The notes: generated by a model not told the origin, from the sequence alone. A stretch of 63,977 bases of DNA, filler included, from Octopus bimaculoides (GCF_001194135.2; 6 parts of 6 records of this genome joined end to end with filler, not necessarily neighbours in it), one strand, 5' to 3'; positions 1 to 12,910 are shown, numbered from the whole stretch's first letter. Program-made: numbers and translations.

Positions 1-1
1 A

Positions 2-35
<34 letters not shown>

Positions 36-46
36 GGTGGTGATGA

Positions 47-80
<34 letters not shown>

Positions 81-225
81 GGTGATGATGATGATGATCA
101 TGATGATGATGATGACGACGACGATGACGACGATGATGAGGATGATGACGACGACGACGATGGCAATGACAGCGACAATGACGATGACGTCGACGACGAC
201 GACGACGATGATGATGATGGTGATG
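1..225. repeat. (GAT/GGT/GAC)n compound microsatellite
   Basis: Direct reading; the poly-M/V/T ORF is a by-product. Confidence 0.95.
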
Positions 226-516
226 AAACGCGAAAAAAGGTGGTTTCTTACATAGCCCTACAAAATTGTAAAAGGGGTTGCACAAAATAATGGAAACACC
301 TTAAAATTTCAGACAAATTTATTTTAATACGAGGTATGACCGCCTCTGGCAGTAATTACAGCTTGAATTCTATGAGGTTTGGATTCGTACAAAGTTTCAT
401 TTGTTTCCAAAGGAATTTTGTTCATTCTTCAGCTAAAACAGTCTCCAGTTCTTGTGGTGATGATGGTGGAGGATATCAATTACTCACTTGTTTTTCTAAA
501 ATGCACCATAGATGTT

Positions 517-552
<36 letters not shown>

Positions 553-1029
553 NNNNNNNNNNNNNNNNNNNNNNNNNNNNNNNNNNNNNNNNNNNNNNNN
601 NNNNNNNNNNNNNNNNNNNNNNNNNNNNNNNNNNNNNNNNNNNNNNNNNNNNNNNNNNNNNNNNNNNNNNNNNNNNNNNNNNNNNNNNNNNNNNNNNNNN
701 NNNNNNNNNNNNNNNNNNNNNNNNNNNNNNNNNNNNNNNNNNNNNNNNNNNNNNNNNNNNNNNNNNNNNNNNNNNNNNNNNNNNNNNNNNNNNNNNNNNN
801 NNNNNNNNNNNNNNNNNNNNNNNNNNNNNNNNNNNNNNNNNNNNNNNNNNNNNNNNNNATATATATAGCAACATCAGTATAAAATAGTAATAAAACAGGA
901 CCGATCCCATGGAGTAAATGCGAGAGATATTGATAAATAGCAATGACTGTATAGAACAAGATAACAAACTAGAAAAAAGAGAGTGTGGAGAGAAGATTAT
1001 AAGGACTGAAGGTGACAATAACAATAAAG

Positions 1030-1190
1030 ACACAGCGATAACAATAGGGAACAACGTAAGAAGAAATGGTGCCGGCAGAACTCACTCCAGATAGCTGGAC
1101 GTGATTAAGGAAGATCTCCAGAGGTTTGACGTCCTCTTGGAGGATGCAGAGTGATTTGGCACGGAACTGCCAGCGATGGAGACCACTGGT
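1030..1190 (+). mobile_element. RTE-like LINE 3' fragment
   Basis: Degenerate ...WLDVIKEDL...W-like C-terminal signature of RTE ORFs; short and decayed. Confidence 0.45.
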
Positions 1191-1572
1191 TTACGCACGA
1201 AGACGTCTCTGGGACGACTAGCATGGGATGACTCCAGCCCTATCAAGCAAGAGTATGAACCAAATCGAAGGAAGCAAGCGATGGCAATATGGAAGACGAT
1301 AACAGACGAGACAGGATCCTCTAAAAGGAAGATGAAGGTGATCAACCGCAAAGGGTGAGTAAGGGAACCATTCACCCACCTACCTAAACTTGAGATTTTC
1401 TTGGCACATGATAGAAATGTGTCTGAAGAAATACGGCTGTTACATGTAGCCCCCGTCTTCCCAGTTCCTCCTCCCTCCATTTTTCTCCGCACCCCTTTTT
1501 TTCGGATTCAACTTATCACTTCTTTCTTTCCCTAAAGAGAGGAGACATTAATGGATTCATGCACACACAGAA

Positions 1573-1622
<50 letters not shown>

Positions 1623-2003
1623 CCACACACAAACACCCGCAAAAACACACACACATACACACACATACACGCATACGAATACATAAAACACATGCAAGCT
1701 TAATACAATAATAAAGTAGAATAAGCAACAAGGAAAAAAAAAGAAGACAAATAACGAATGAAAAAGAAGAAAAGAAAAAGACAAGAGCCAAAAATAAAAA
1801 GAAATACGAAATAAAATTCTAAAAGCAAAGAGCAAATAAAGCAGAAAAATATGAAGAAAAGAAAGAAAAATGGTAGACAGCAAGAGAGAGTATCTTAATC
1901 AAGGTTGAGAGTAACAGAACGCGTCATTGTGCTGCAGCGCCAGCTTCGAACGCATTTCATTACCATATAAGGTAATAATATCGAATCGACTGCTTGTTAC
2001 AGG

Positions 2004-2068
<65 letters not shown>

Positions 2069-2936
2069 NNNNNNNNNNNNNNNNNNNNNNNNNNNNNNNN
2101 NNNNNNNNNNNNNNNNNNNNNNNNNNNNNNNNNNNNNNNNNNNNNNNNNNNNNNNNNNNNNNNNNNNNNNNNNNNNNNNNNNNNNNNNNNNNNNNNNNNN
2201 NNNNNNNNNNNNNNNNNNNNNNNNNNNNNNNNNNNNNNNNNNNNNNNNNNNNNNNNNNNNNNNNNNNNNNNNNNNNNNNNNNNNNNNNNNNNNNNNNNNN
2301 NNNNNNNNNNNNNNNNNNNNNNNNNNNNNNNNNNNNNNNNNNNNNNNNNNNNNNNNNNNNNNNNNNNNNNNNNNNNNNNNNNNNNNNNNNNNNNNNNNNN
2401 NNNNNNNNNNNNNNNNNNNNNNNNNNNNNNNNNNNNNNNNNNNNNNNNNNNNNNNNNNNNNNNNNNNNNNNNNNNNNNNNNNNNNNNNNNNNNNNNNNNN
2501 NNNNNNNNNNNNNNNNNNNNNNNNNNNNNNNNNNNNNNNNNNNNNNNNNNNNNNNNNNNNNNNNNNNNNNNNNNNNNNNNNNNNNNNNNNNNNNNNNNNN
2601 NNNNNNNNNNNNNNNNNNNNNNNNNNNNNNNNNNNNNNNNNNNNNNNNNNNNNNNNNNNNNNNNNNNNNNNNNNNNNNNNNNNNNNNNNNNNNNNNNNNN
2701 NNNNNNNNNNNNNNNNNNNNNNNNNNNNNNNNNNNNNNNNNNNNNNNNNNNNNNNNNNNNNNNNNNNNNNNNNNNNNNNNNNNNNNNNNNNNNNNNNNNN
2801 NNNNNNNNNNNNNNNNNNNNNNNNNNNNNNNNNNNNNNNNNNNNNNNNNNNNNNNNNNNNNNNNNNNNNNNNNNNNNNNNNNNNNNNNNNNNNNNNNNNN
2901 NNNNNNNNNNNNNNNNNNNNNNNNNNNNNNNNNNNN

Positions 2937-2971
<35 letters not shown>

Positions 2972-3264
2972 TGTATGTATATACATACACACGCGTACCT
3001 TCGCACTGACGGTTACGATATATATATATATATGTATATGTATGTATGTATATATATGTAAATACATACAAATATAATACTGCATTATATATGATACCTG
3101 GCATAGGCGTATACCAAGATAGGACCATTTTCCTATACATATATGTACGTATAAAGCGCATATGTGCATATATATAGACATATGCACTTACGTTTGCATA
3201 TGGAGTGATATTCTAAACCCACACAGACTCACACACACATACATGTATGATTATGTATGTGAGA

Positions 3265-3301
<37 letters not shown>

Positions 3302-3462
3302 CACACACACACATATATATATATATAGCTATATATGTGTGTGTGTGAGTACATTATGCATATATATATATATATATATACATACGTATATATAGCTATA
3401 TATGTGTGTGTGTGAGTACATTATGCATATANNNNNNNNNNNNNNNNNNNNNNNNNNNNNNN

Positions 3463-3494
<32 letters not shown>

Positions 3495-3827
3495 ATCCCG
3501 TACACATACTTGCTAAAAGCTTATTTACATAAGCCATGGTGTCCAGTTGCATTCAAGTAAGGCAACTAGGAGTATGAGAATCACGTGACCGGCTTTTATC
3601 CGAGTCATCTGCTTATAGCTGTTTCTATTGAAAAAGCCATTAGCTATAAACACACAGCGAACAGGCAGCGAGCGCGTGATGGAAATTTCCATGGCGCAGA
3701 CCAGCCGCCCAACCTGTCAACCAGCCAGATCGCCAGCCGACATAACTGCCAGCCTGCCATCTGCCTGCCTGCCTGATTGCTTTGCTCTGTTCCAAAATTG
3801 GATATATTGGTCTACGTTATCATGTGC

Positions 3828-3853
3828 GATGACGATGACGATGACTATAATGG

Positions 3854-3917
<64 letters not shown>

Positions 3918-3998
3918 AATGATGATGATGATGATGATGATGATGATTGTGATGATGATGATGATAACGGTAGTGATAGCGGTAACGATGACGATGAA

Positions 3999-4036
<38 letters not shown>

Positions 4037-4050
4037 CGATGAGGATGATC

Positions 4051-4087
<37 letters not shown>

Positions 4088-4318
4088 CGATGATGATCGT
4101 GGTGATTGCGGTGAGGATGCGGATGACGATGATAATGATGACGATGATGACGACGACGACGACAACGATGATGAGGATGAGGATGAAGATCATGATGACA
4201 ATGGTTAGTGATGATGATAATTATTCGGATGATGTTCATGGAGATGATGACGACGACGACGATGACAACGATGGAGATGGCGATGATGACGATGACGATG
4301 ACGATGAAACGACGTCGA
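3828..4318. repeat. (GAT/GAC)n microsatellite array
   Basis: Direct reading; about 490 bp. Confidence 0.95.
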
Positions 4319-5400
4319 CAGCAACTACCAAGACGTCTGCGAACCGGTTCGCACTTACATACTTCCGCCGGTCAAGCATGTATGAACCACATTACTTGCC
4401 ATCCTCGCAGAACTTTCTGAGAGATCCATAATGAACTTCTCGAGAGGTTTGTGAGCGTGAAATTAATTAGTGATTGAAGCTTGCAATGAACTGCACTAAT
4501 TTTTCAAATGAAACAGCGTTACCGTCCGATGAACCAGTATAGAATAGAAACAACGAAAAGATGAACGGTTGTCGGGTTTTAAATCAGAGAATTTTTCTTC
4601 TAGGTCAGTCATGCACAATCTGCGGCCCGCAGGATTTTCTGAATGGCACATCTAATGAAAAACACGAAAAATTACGATGAATTTCTTAGTAGTGCGGCTT
4701 GATTGATAATGAGCCACGTTTCATGCAACCCGATTCTCGAAAAAGGTTGTACTTATCTGTCCTAGACCGGTGTTCTAACAAAACTTAGGGGGCATCACTT
4801 CCGGCTGGTATCGTGGAGCGCTCACTGACCACCACGAGCTTTTCTATGTCTGCTTGTGCAATCACTAGATAATCATTCACTCTACGTTGGGTTCATCTGT
4901 CCTTTTATCAGTTTTTTTTTCGTCCTTCGTGATTTTTAGCAATCCTTGGAACTTACTAACCATCTTGATGGTTTAGTCGCCAACGACTCGACTACATAAC
5001 AGGTTGTACCAGATAGCAAGCTACCAGGAGTACTTGTGAACGATTTGACATAGAGGATGGAAATCTTTAACCTCTTTCATTCCTGTTGATTTTAACCTCA
5101 CGAAGAACTTTCTCCGAAACGTTGATTACTCCACTACCCATGGCAATGTCACTGTACTTTTTCGGACCCTTTCTTTTTTCGTGTGACATATGCCCTGCCA
5201 ACGCAAACTACCGTCAGTTTCTTAAGACTCTATTTGATTTGAAAGACAGAGAGAGAGACACACATACATACACACGCAGATAAATAGATATAGACTGGTA
5301 GGTAGGTAGGTAGGGTGGTAGGTAGGTAGGGAGGGAGGTAAGTAAATAGGTCGGTAGGTAGGAAAGTAGATAGTTAGATAGATAGATAGAGAGAGAGAGG

Positions 5401-5439
<39 letters not shown>

Positions 5440-6248
5440 GTAGAGAAACTTCATGCAGTACGTGTGTGATTATAAGGCAAAGAATACCAACAGATCAATA
5501 ATACATAGAATTAAACAAGTGACAGTATTTGTGTTCACGTATATGTTTGTTTACCCTATAACAATAAACATCTTGTGTCAAATGCATAACGCAGTCATTC
5601 AATAAATAAAGATCGATAAAATAAATACCGGATGGAATTACGTACAGGAGGTGGGACGGTCGATATTGTCGACTAAAACTCTAAATAGCTTTGTTTGGCA
5701 TGGCTGCAGCCCAGTGGCCTGATCCAGGGAGAAAAAAAGAAAGAGAGAGAGAGAGAGAGAGATGTTGGAAGATGAATCGACTGTTTATATTATAATTGAC
5801 ATAATAAGCGCTGATAGCGAAATGTTGATAATGACTAACCGTTCATACATTGTCATTAAAGATTATAAGAATAAAAGATTGTTTTATGTCATGCAATGCA
5901 CACAGAAGCATTAATCAGAAATTGTTGAGACCATGTCTGGAGATAATGATCTACAAATAGAGGAATCAATGAGATAAAGATGTTCCCCATAGATTTACGA
6001 GTTCTCCAGAATGGCAATTGGAGAGGAAAAAAAAAAAGAAAAAGAAAAAAAAGAAAGAAAGAAAAACATTGAGCCAATTGAAGACATTTTTAATCAGGAT
6101 ACTCGTTCAATAAAGAGAAGCTGGAAGGATAAAAGTTTTTGTTACGTTCAAAAGACACGCGCGCACAGATACACGAACGCATACACGCAGCACACAACAT
6201 ACACACAAACACACATACAGGCACGCGTGCACGGAGTGAGACATACAC

Positions 6249-6291
<43 letters not shown>

Positions 6292-6293
<2 letters not shown>

Positions 6294-6406
6294 CGCAGAC
6301 GTGGCGGTGTAATAAGAAGCTTGGTTCCCAACTACATGGTTCTGGGTTCAGTCTCGCTGCGTGGCACGTTGGCAAGTATCTTCTATTACAGTCTCGGGCC
6401 GACCAA
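6292..6406 (+). mobile_element. tRNA-derived SINE with CORE-like segment (family 1), cut by gap
   Basis: GGCGCAG.. head, B-box-like GGTTCAGTC, CORE-like GGCACGTTGGCAAGT; homologous to other copies in the window. Confidence 0.85.
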
Positions 6407-7391
6407 TTCACAAAAAAAAAACAACAGNNNNNNNNNNNNNNNNNNNNNNNNNNNNNNNNNNNNNNNNNNNNNNNNNNNNNNNNNNNNNNNNNNNNNNNNN
6501 NNNNNNNNNNNNNNNNNNNNNNNNNNNNNNNNNNNNNNNNNNNNNNNNNNNNNNNNNNNNNNNNNNNNNNNNNNNNNNNNNNNNNNNNNNNNNNNNNNNN
6601 NNNNNNNNNNNNNNNNNNNNNNNNNNNNNNNNNNNNNNNNNNNNNNNNNNNNNNNNNNNNNNNNNNNNNNNNNNNNNNNNNNNNNNNNNNNNNNNNNNNN
6701 NNNNNNNNNNNNNNNNNNNNNNNNNNNNNNNNNNNNNNNNNNNNNNNNNNNNNNNNNNNNNNNNNNNNNNNNNNNNNNNNNNNNNNNNNNNNNNNNNNNN
6801 NNNNNNNNNNNNNNNNNNNNNNNNNNNNNNNNNNNNNNNNNNNNNNNNNNNNNNNNNNNNNNNNNNNNNNNNNNNNNNNNNNNNNNNNNNNNNNNNNNNN
6901 NNNNNNNNNNNNNNNNNNNNNNNNNNNNNNNNNNNNNNNNNNNNNNNNNNNNNNNNNNNNNNNNNNNNNNNNNNNNNNNNNNNNNNNNNNNNNNNNNNNN
7001 NNNNNNNNNNNNNNNNNNNNNNNNNNNNNNNNNNNNNNNNNNNNNNNNNNNNNNNNNNNNNNNNNNNNNNNNNNNNNNNNNNNNNNNNNNNNNNNNNNNN
7101 NNNNNNNNNNNNNNNNNNNNNNNNNNNNNNNNNNNNNNNNNNNNNNNNNNNNNNNNNNNNNNNNNNNNNNNNNNNNNNNNNNNNNNNNNNNNNNNNNNNN
7201 NNNNNNNNNNNNNNNNNNNNNNNNNNNNNNNNNNNNNNNNNNNNNNNNNNNNNNNNNNNNNNNNNNNNNNNNNNNNNNNNNNNNNNNNNNNNNNNNNNNN
7301 NNNNNNNNNNNNNNNNNNNNNNNNNNNNNNNNNNNNNNNNNNNNNNNNNNNNNNNNNNNNNNNNNNNNNNNNNNNTGTGACACTTATTCGG

Positions 7392-7465
7392 TAGCCATGA
7401 TAAAACTCCGAGTTTCGGATGCCGGGGCTGGAGCCCACGCCAACATCTCTTCAGTTATCCGGCCA
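7392..7465 (-). ncRNA. Type I hammerhead ribozyme-like motif (family A)
   Basis: Minus strand: UGGCC-G-GAUAA CUGAAGA GAUGUUGG[loop]CCGGCAUC C GAAAC U-CGG-A GUU UUAUC-AU-GGCUA. All three stems pair. Confidence 0.8.
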
Positions 7466-7487
7466 TTGAAAATTCCTGTGACAATAC

Positions 7488-7520
<33 letters not shown>

Positions 7521-7549
7521 TGTATGTATGTATGTATGTATGTATTTAT

Positions 7550-7785
7550 GCGTGTGTCTTTGTGTCTGTGTTTGTTCCCCTCACTCACACACACACCATC
7601 ACTTGGCAATTGGTGTTGATGTGTTTACGTCCCCGTAACTTAGCAGTTCGGCAGAACGGACCGATAGAATAAGCATCAGGCTTACAAAGAATAAGTCCAA
7701 GGGTCTATTTCTTCGATAAAAGGCGGTGCTCCAGCATGGCCACAGTCAGTTGACTGAAACAAGTAGAGGAATAAAAGAATAAAAG
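7550..7785 (+). mobile_element. SINE 3' body/tail (family 3; ..GGCGGTGCTCCAGCATGGCC..TGAAACAAGT)
   Basis: Homologous to 34850-35065 (+) and 49470-49615 (-). Confidence 0.85.
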
Positions 7786-7892
7786 GATATAAATGTGTTT
7801 GAAAATTAGTGTATTTTGAAAACTATAAAATCAATCCGATGGAGTAAAAGCAGCAACAGCAACAACAAAATCGATGATGATGACGTGGAGAG

Positions 7893-8060
7893 TGTGTCAA
7901 TCGATTATATTGACCACGATACTTGGTTGGTATTTTTTTTCTATCGACCCCTGAAAGTTAAATAGGTAAAGTTGACCTTGGCGAGATTTAAACTCAGAGC
8001 GTCAAAAATTCGGAGCACTTACTGCAAGGCATTTTATCCGACGCTCGAATGATCCTGTTA
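7893..8060 (-). mobile_element. tRNA-derived SINE (family 2), diverged
   Basis: Reverse complement aligns to the copies at 44725, 58405 and 60262. Confidence 0.75.
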
Positions 8061-8069
8061 GATCTCGGC

Positions 8070-8298
8070 GATCTTTCGGTACGAGTTCCTAATTATCGGC
8101 CTTTTCCGTAAAAAAGTGTTGGAGAGAAACAGGGAAACGGTGTCATAACAGCGAAAGACATACAGAGAGCACGATTTATTTTGAAGGGTTTACAGTTAGG
8201 GTTAGGGTTAGGTTTACTGTTATGACATCGTTTCCCTGTTTCTCTCCAACATTTTTTTACGGAAAAGGCCGATAATTAGGAACTCGTACCGAAAGATC
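8070..8298. mobile_element. Foldback/MITE-like element: 82-bp inverted arms, loop with TTAGGG repeats
   Basis: Arms 8070-8151 and 8217-8298 match at 80/82 positions; TTAGGGTTAGGGTTAGG at 8196-8212. Confidence 0.85.
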
Positions 8299-8524
8299 AC
8301 CACATCTCCAGCGTTAGAAGCTGTGCAAAGGCAAGAAGAAGAAGAAGAAGAAGAAGAAGAAGAAGAAGAAGAAGGAATTTTCTAGTCGAATAAACAAAAA
8401 GAAAAATACTCCCGAACCTTTGTTATTTCTTATTAGATCGAGAGGAAAATCCACTGACACTACTAAATAAATATTATGACGTTTAAAGAGAAAAAGAGAG
8501 AGGAGAGAGAGAGAAAGTGGGAAG

Positions 8525-8525
8525 G

Positions 8526-8597
<72 letters not shown>

Positions 8598-8634
8598 GGA
8601 TGGATGGATAGATGGATGGATGGATGGATGGATG

Positions 8635-8689
<55 letters not shown>

Positions 8690-8715
8690 GGATGGATGGA
8701 TGGATGGATAGATAG
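8525..8715. repeat. (GATA)n/(GATG)n compound microsatellite
   Basis: Direct reading. Confidence 0.95.
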
Positions 8716-9825
8716 AGAGTGAGAGAGAGAGAGCAGAAATATATGGAAATCTATATAAGTAGAATTATCAATTATTTTTCTTTTTATTTTGCTCTTTCTC
8801 GTCTCCAGAAAAGAAAACAAACGCTTAAATGTATTGGTCGTCTATGAAGTGTTGTAGAAGCGAAAGAAGAGCAGGGTTGATATAAAGTATAACAAGGCTA
8901 CACAATAGAATTGGAGGAAGCGTCGGGTGAAATAAAAACATGCAACAAAAAGCTGCACAATAGAAACGAAACGAAACGAAAGGCGAACGCCAATAAAAGT
9001 AGTTCTATTCGTTCGATCTAAAGGTGTACGTGCAAAGTGTAATTCCAATGAAATATGAGCAAAATGAAACGTGAGAAGAATGAAAGAAAATGGAATACAA
9101 ATAACGAAGCCGGTCGCTGTTGAAAATGTGTTGTCTCTAACGAAACATCCGGCCTTGGACAATACGGAAAAAAAAGAAGAAAGAAAATAGATTGAGAAGA
9201 AACCTCAAAGTTGTCGCGCGATTTGGTAGAAAAAGCAGTCAAATCTCATTCAAATAACACAGTATCGTCTTAAATGAAAAATTAAAATAAAATAACACGT
9301 TGGTTAATGTAGTTCATCACGCATAAAAAGATGAAATAATCAGAAGGCTGGAATACTTTTGGTCGGTGACCCAAAGAATTCCTTGCTGGCGGTCGCTATT
9401 GAAAATGTGTCGACTGTTACGAAACATACGGTTCTGAACAATACGAAATAGACAAAACAAAACTAAAGGCTCAATGTTGTCGCGCGTCTTGCTAGAAAAG
9501 CAGCCAAATTTTATCCAAATCACATTGTAATCTCTTAATAAAAGATGGGAAAGTCATGTAAAAGGTTGATATTAACAATAGAGACATTAGTCTCTCTCTA
9601 TCACCTTTCAACAAAATTATATATTAAGGAAACAGTAGAACAATTAACAACATAATAAAAATAAGTTTTATTTTTGGTGATGCTTGGCTTTACAAAACCT
9701 GTGTCATTCAGCCTAGCAGCCGCTGGTTAAATTGCAATCGGCATCTGGATATTAAGAGCTTTGTTGAGGCATGCCAAAGGAGCAAGTAGTTGTCACGTCG
9801 AAAGCATCGCGCTAAAAAGGCTTAG

Positions 9826-9950
9826 AAAGCGCGCGAAGCGCTTTAAGTACTGGTTTTACTACGCATGCGCACTCGAGGGGCTTCCGGGAAGGCAAGTCCC
9901 TTGCGCATGCGTAGATTGTACTTCCTTAATGGCGGCCATAATTTCGCGCC
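9826..9950. promoter_or_regulatory. CpG-rich promoter-like motif cluster
   Basis: NRF1-like GCGCATGCG twice (9861-9870, 9902-9913), ETS-like CTTCCGG (9881-9887), YY1-like AATGGCGGC (9928-9936), E2F-like TTTCGCGCC (9942-9950). Confidence 0.5.
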
Positions 9951-10270
9951 ACTACAGTCATAAGGCTGGATTACTTTTGATCTTCATTGTTGTCACGTCA
10001 GTTCTTCGCCTGATTCTTTGTTGTTAGGTCATTCATCTTCAGAATCTAAGTCAGAATATCTCAAGGCTATTAAATTGTGCTTAAAACAAAGTATTAAACT
10101 GACGATAAGAAATACAAAATTTCTCTTTCTGTTGATATTAAAACCTGGAAAATATCGAATGGTAAAATCAGAATGGTAAAAAGTATCAAAACAAAAACCT
10201 TACTTTCGCAATGCCAAGGAGAAATAGAGGAGGGGAGTCACGACAGAATAGCTTTGGGAATAGCTTTTTG

Positions 10271-10440
10271 CGCTGGCATGGCTTTGTCGTTAAGAAGGTA
10301 GCTTTACAACCTCGTGGTTTCGGGTTCAGTCCCACTGTGCAGCATTTTGAGCAGGTAACTTCTATCGTAGCCCAGGGCCGACCAATGCCTTCTATGTTAA
10401 TTTGATAGGCGAAAACTGTGTGGAATCCCGTCGTGTATAC
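10271..10440 (+). mobile_element. SINE family 1 copy
   Basis: GGTTTCGGGTTCAGTCCCACTG..GGGCCGACCAA.., followed by a CA/TA tail. Confidence 0.85.
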
Positions 10441-10471
10441 AAACACACACACACACATGTATATATATTCA

Positions 10472-10506
<35 letters not shown>

Positions 10507-11325
10507 AATGAGTCCTTTTTTCTTTTATTCTTTCTTTATACTTGTACATTATATAATCCTTAATTTTAATGTCAGTAGCCATCCTCTAGTTTATGAAAAT
10601 AATACAAAAATCCTGTGTTTGGCTGTTGTGTGCATGCTCACATGTCCGAGATAGGAAGCTGCACGCTAGAGAGAGTGAGAGCACTGTGGTTCATGCAGTG
10701 CCGACTCTGGTGTGCTGGTGAAAGGTAGTGTTTCTTTTCGACTCCGCGCGTGTTGCACTTAAAAACGTGTTTATATTCTTGAATGTGATTAAGTGAAGAA
10801 TTATATTTTTATCCTGTCTCCAGCTACAGTGTTGCTGCCAGACTTTGAAAAATAGGGCAGGTCCCCACCCCTTATTTTGTGATTATGGGGGAATTTTTGA
10901 AAAACAAAGGGGAATTCGCGGCGGTGTTCAGTGAACAAATTAAACGCACTACCCAACATTGATGCGTTTCATTTATCACNNNNNNNNNNNNNNNNNNNNN
11001 NNNNNNNNNNNNNNNNNNNNNNNNNNNNNNNNNNNNNNNNNNNNNNNNNNNNNNNNNNNNNNNNNNNNNNNNNNNNNNNNNNNNNNNNNNNNNNNNNNNN
11101 NNNNNNNNNNNNNNNNNNNNNNNNNNNNNNNNNNNNNNNNNNNNNNNNNNNNNNNNNNNNNNNNNNNNNNNNNNNNNNNNNNNNNNNNNNNNNNNNNNNN
11201 NNNNNNNNNNNNNNNNNNNNNNNNNNNNNNNNNNNNNNNNNNNNNNNNNNNNNNNNNNNNNNNNNNNNNNNNNNNNNNNNNNNNNNNNNNNNNNNNNNNN
11301 NNNNNNNNNNNNNNNNNNNNNNNNN

Positions 11326-11379
<54 letters not shown>

Positions 11380-12162
11380 AAAGAAAGCAAGAGAGAGCGT
11401 CACCAGATTCAGTAGTTTCAATCAAAGACACAAGTTTTTAAACGATGGGAAATGATAAATATTTGATAAAATCCTCTGAAAATTCAGCAGAATGTTAATA
11501 TAAGTCAAATATAGAAATACTAGAACCATCTAGAAAGCTAGAAACGATGTAAAGATATTGAAGAAAAATATACAGAAGAAAACTTTTCAAGTCGCAACAA
11601 AGTGTCAGCTTTCAATATTAAAGAAGACTCAACGAAAACAAAATAATTATTTTTTATTTATTCAAATGAAAATGAAAACAAAAAAAATTAAACTAGCGAT
11701 ATATATATATATAAAAATAAAATAATATTCATTAAATGATAAAAAAAAAAAAACAACAAACTAAAAGTTAGAAACTTCTTTGAATAGATAAGAATGCCAA
11801 ATGTTTAAGTTGAAATATCTACCACGTCCATGCAAGGTTCTTTTACGAGAGCAATGAACGGCTTTCTGGAACAGCTTCAAATGACATCGTGCCAATAGGA
11901 ATTAAAAGGCTGGATAACTCTCAAGATGCTATGAACCCGAAGAAGTGTAGGTCCAACCATTGCTTTATCAATAACGAATACATTTGACATCTGTATTTAT
12001 ACTCAGTAAACAGACAGTGTGAACAACACATGGAAAGGTTAAGAAAGCCTTGCCAGAGGAACAGAAGGGGTTCCTCTGCAGTCAGGTATATATATGTATA
12101 TATATGGTTGTGAGAACAAATTCCACACAATGTAATAATGAAAGATGATGAAAGATATTGCT

Positions 12163-12200
12163 GGTGGTGATGGTGGTGATGGTGGTTTTGGTGGTGGTTG

Positions 12201-12250
<50 letters not shown>

Positions 12251-12328
12251 GCGACGACGACGACGACGACGACTGACGATGATGACGACGATGATGATGA
12301 TGATGATGATGACGACGACAACTATGAC

Positions 12329-12362
<34 letters not shown>

Positions 12363-12531
12363 GCGACGACGACTATGACGATGATGACGATGATGATGTT
12401 GATGATGATGGCGACGACGTCTATGACGATGACGACGACGACGACGATGATGATGATGATGATGACGATGATGTTGATGATAATGATGATAATGATGGCG
12501 ACGACGACGACGACTATGACGATGACGACGG

Positions 12532-12573
<42 letters not shown>

Positions 12574-12607
12574 CGACGACGACGACGACGACTATGACGA
12601 TGACGAC

Positions 12608-12648
<41 letters not shown>

Positions 12649-12665
12649 CGACGATGATGATGATT
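12163..12665. repeat. (GAT/GAC)n microsatellite array with higher-order substructure
   Basis: Direct reading. Confidence 0.95.
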
Positions 12666-12702
12666 CAGAATTTTTGCAGAAGGCAGGCACATTTAGGAGT
12701 TG

Positions 12703-12910
12703 GGCGTGAGTTGATTTCATCGATTCCCAGTACTCATACAGGTATTTCACTTTATTGATCCCGAAAGGCATGAAAAAGCAACGTTGACTTCGGCGGAACT
12801 TGAACTCAGAATGTAAAAGCCGGAACAAATACCGCAAGGTCTTTTTGCCCGACGTTCAAATGGTTGATTCTGTCAATAATTCGCCCTGATAGCCGCTTCT
12901 GCTCGCCTGT
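12703..12910 (-). mobile_element. SINE family 2 copy
   Basis: GTTGACTTCGGCGGAACTTGAACTCAGAATGT is the reverse complement of the B-box region of this family. Confidence 0.8.

Noticed and set aside
3777-4208. Poly-Asp ORF resembling acidic shell proteins (Aspein/Asprich type) near a chitin synthase
   Set aside because: Pure GAT/GAC slippage, open in several frames, no signal peptide or splice context; such arrays recur throughout the window.
5090-5125. CTCACGAAG..CCGAAACGTTG hammerhead-like string
   Set aside because: G5 is mutated and stems I and II pair poorly.
8196-8212. True telomere or chromosome fusion site
   Set aside because: Only about three units, inside a foldback element.
12158-12709. 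Second poly-Asp ORF
   Set aside because: Same reasons: microsatellite-derived.
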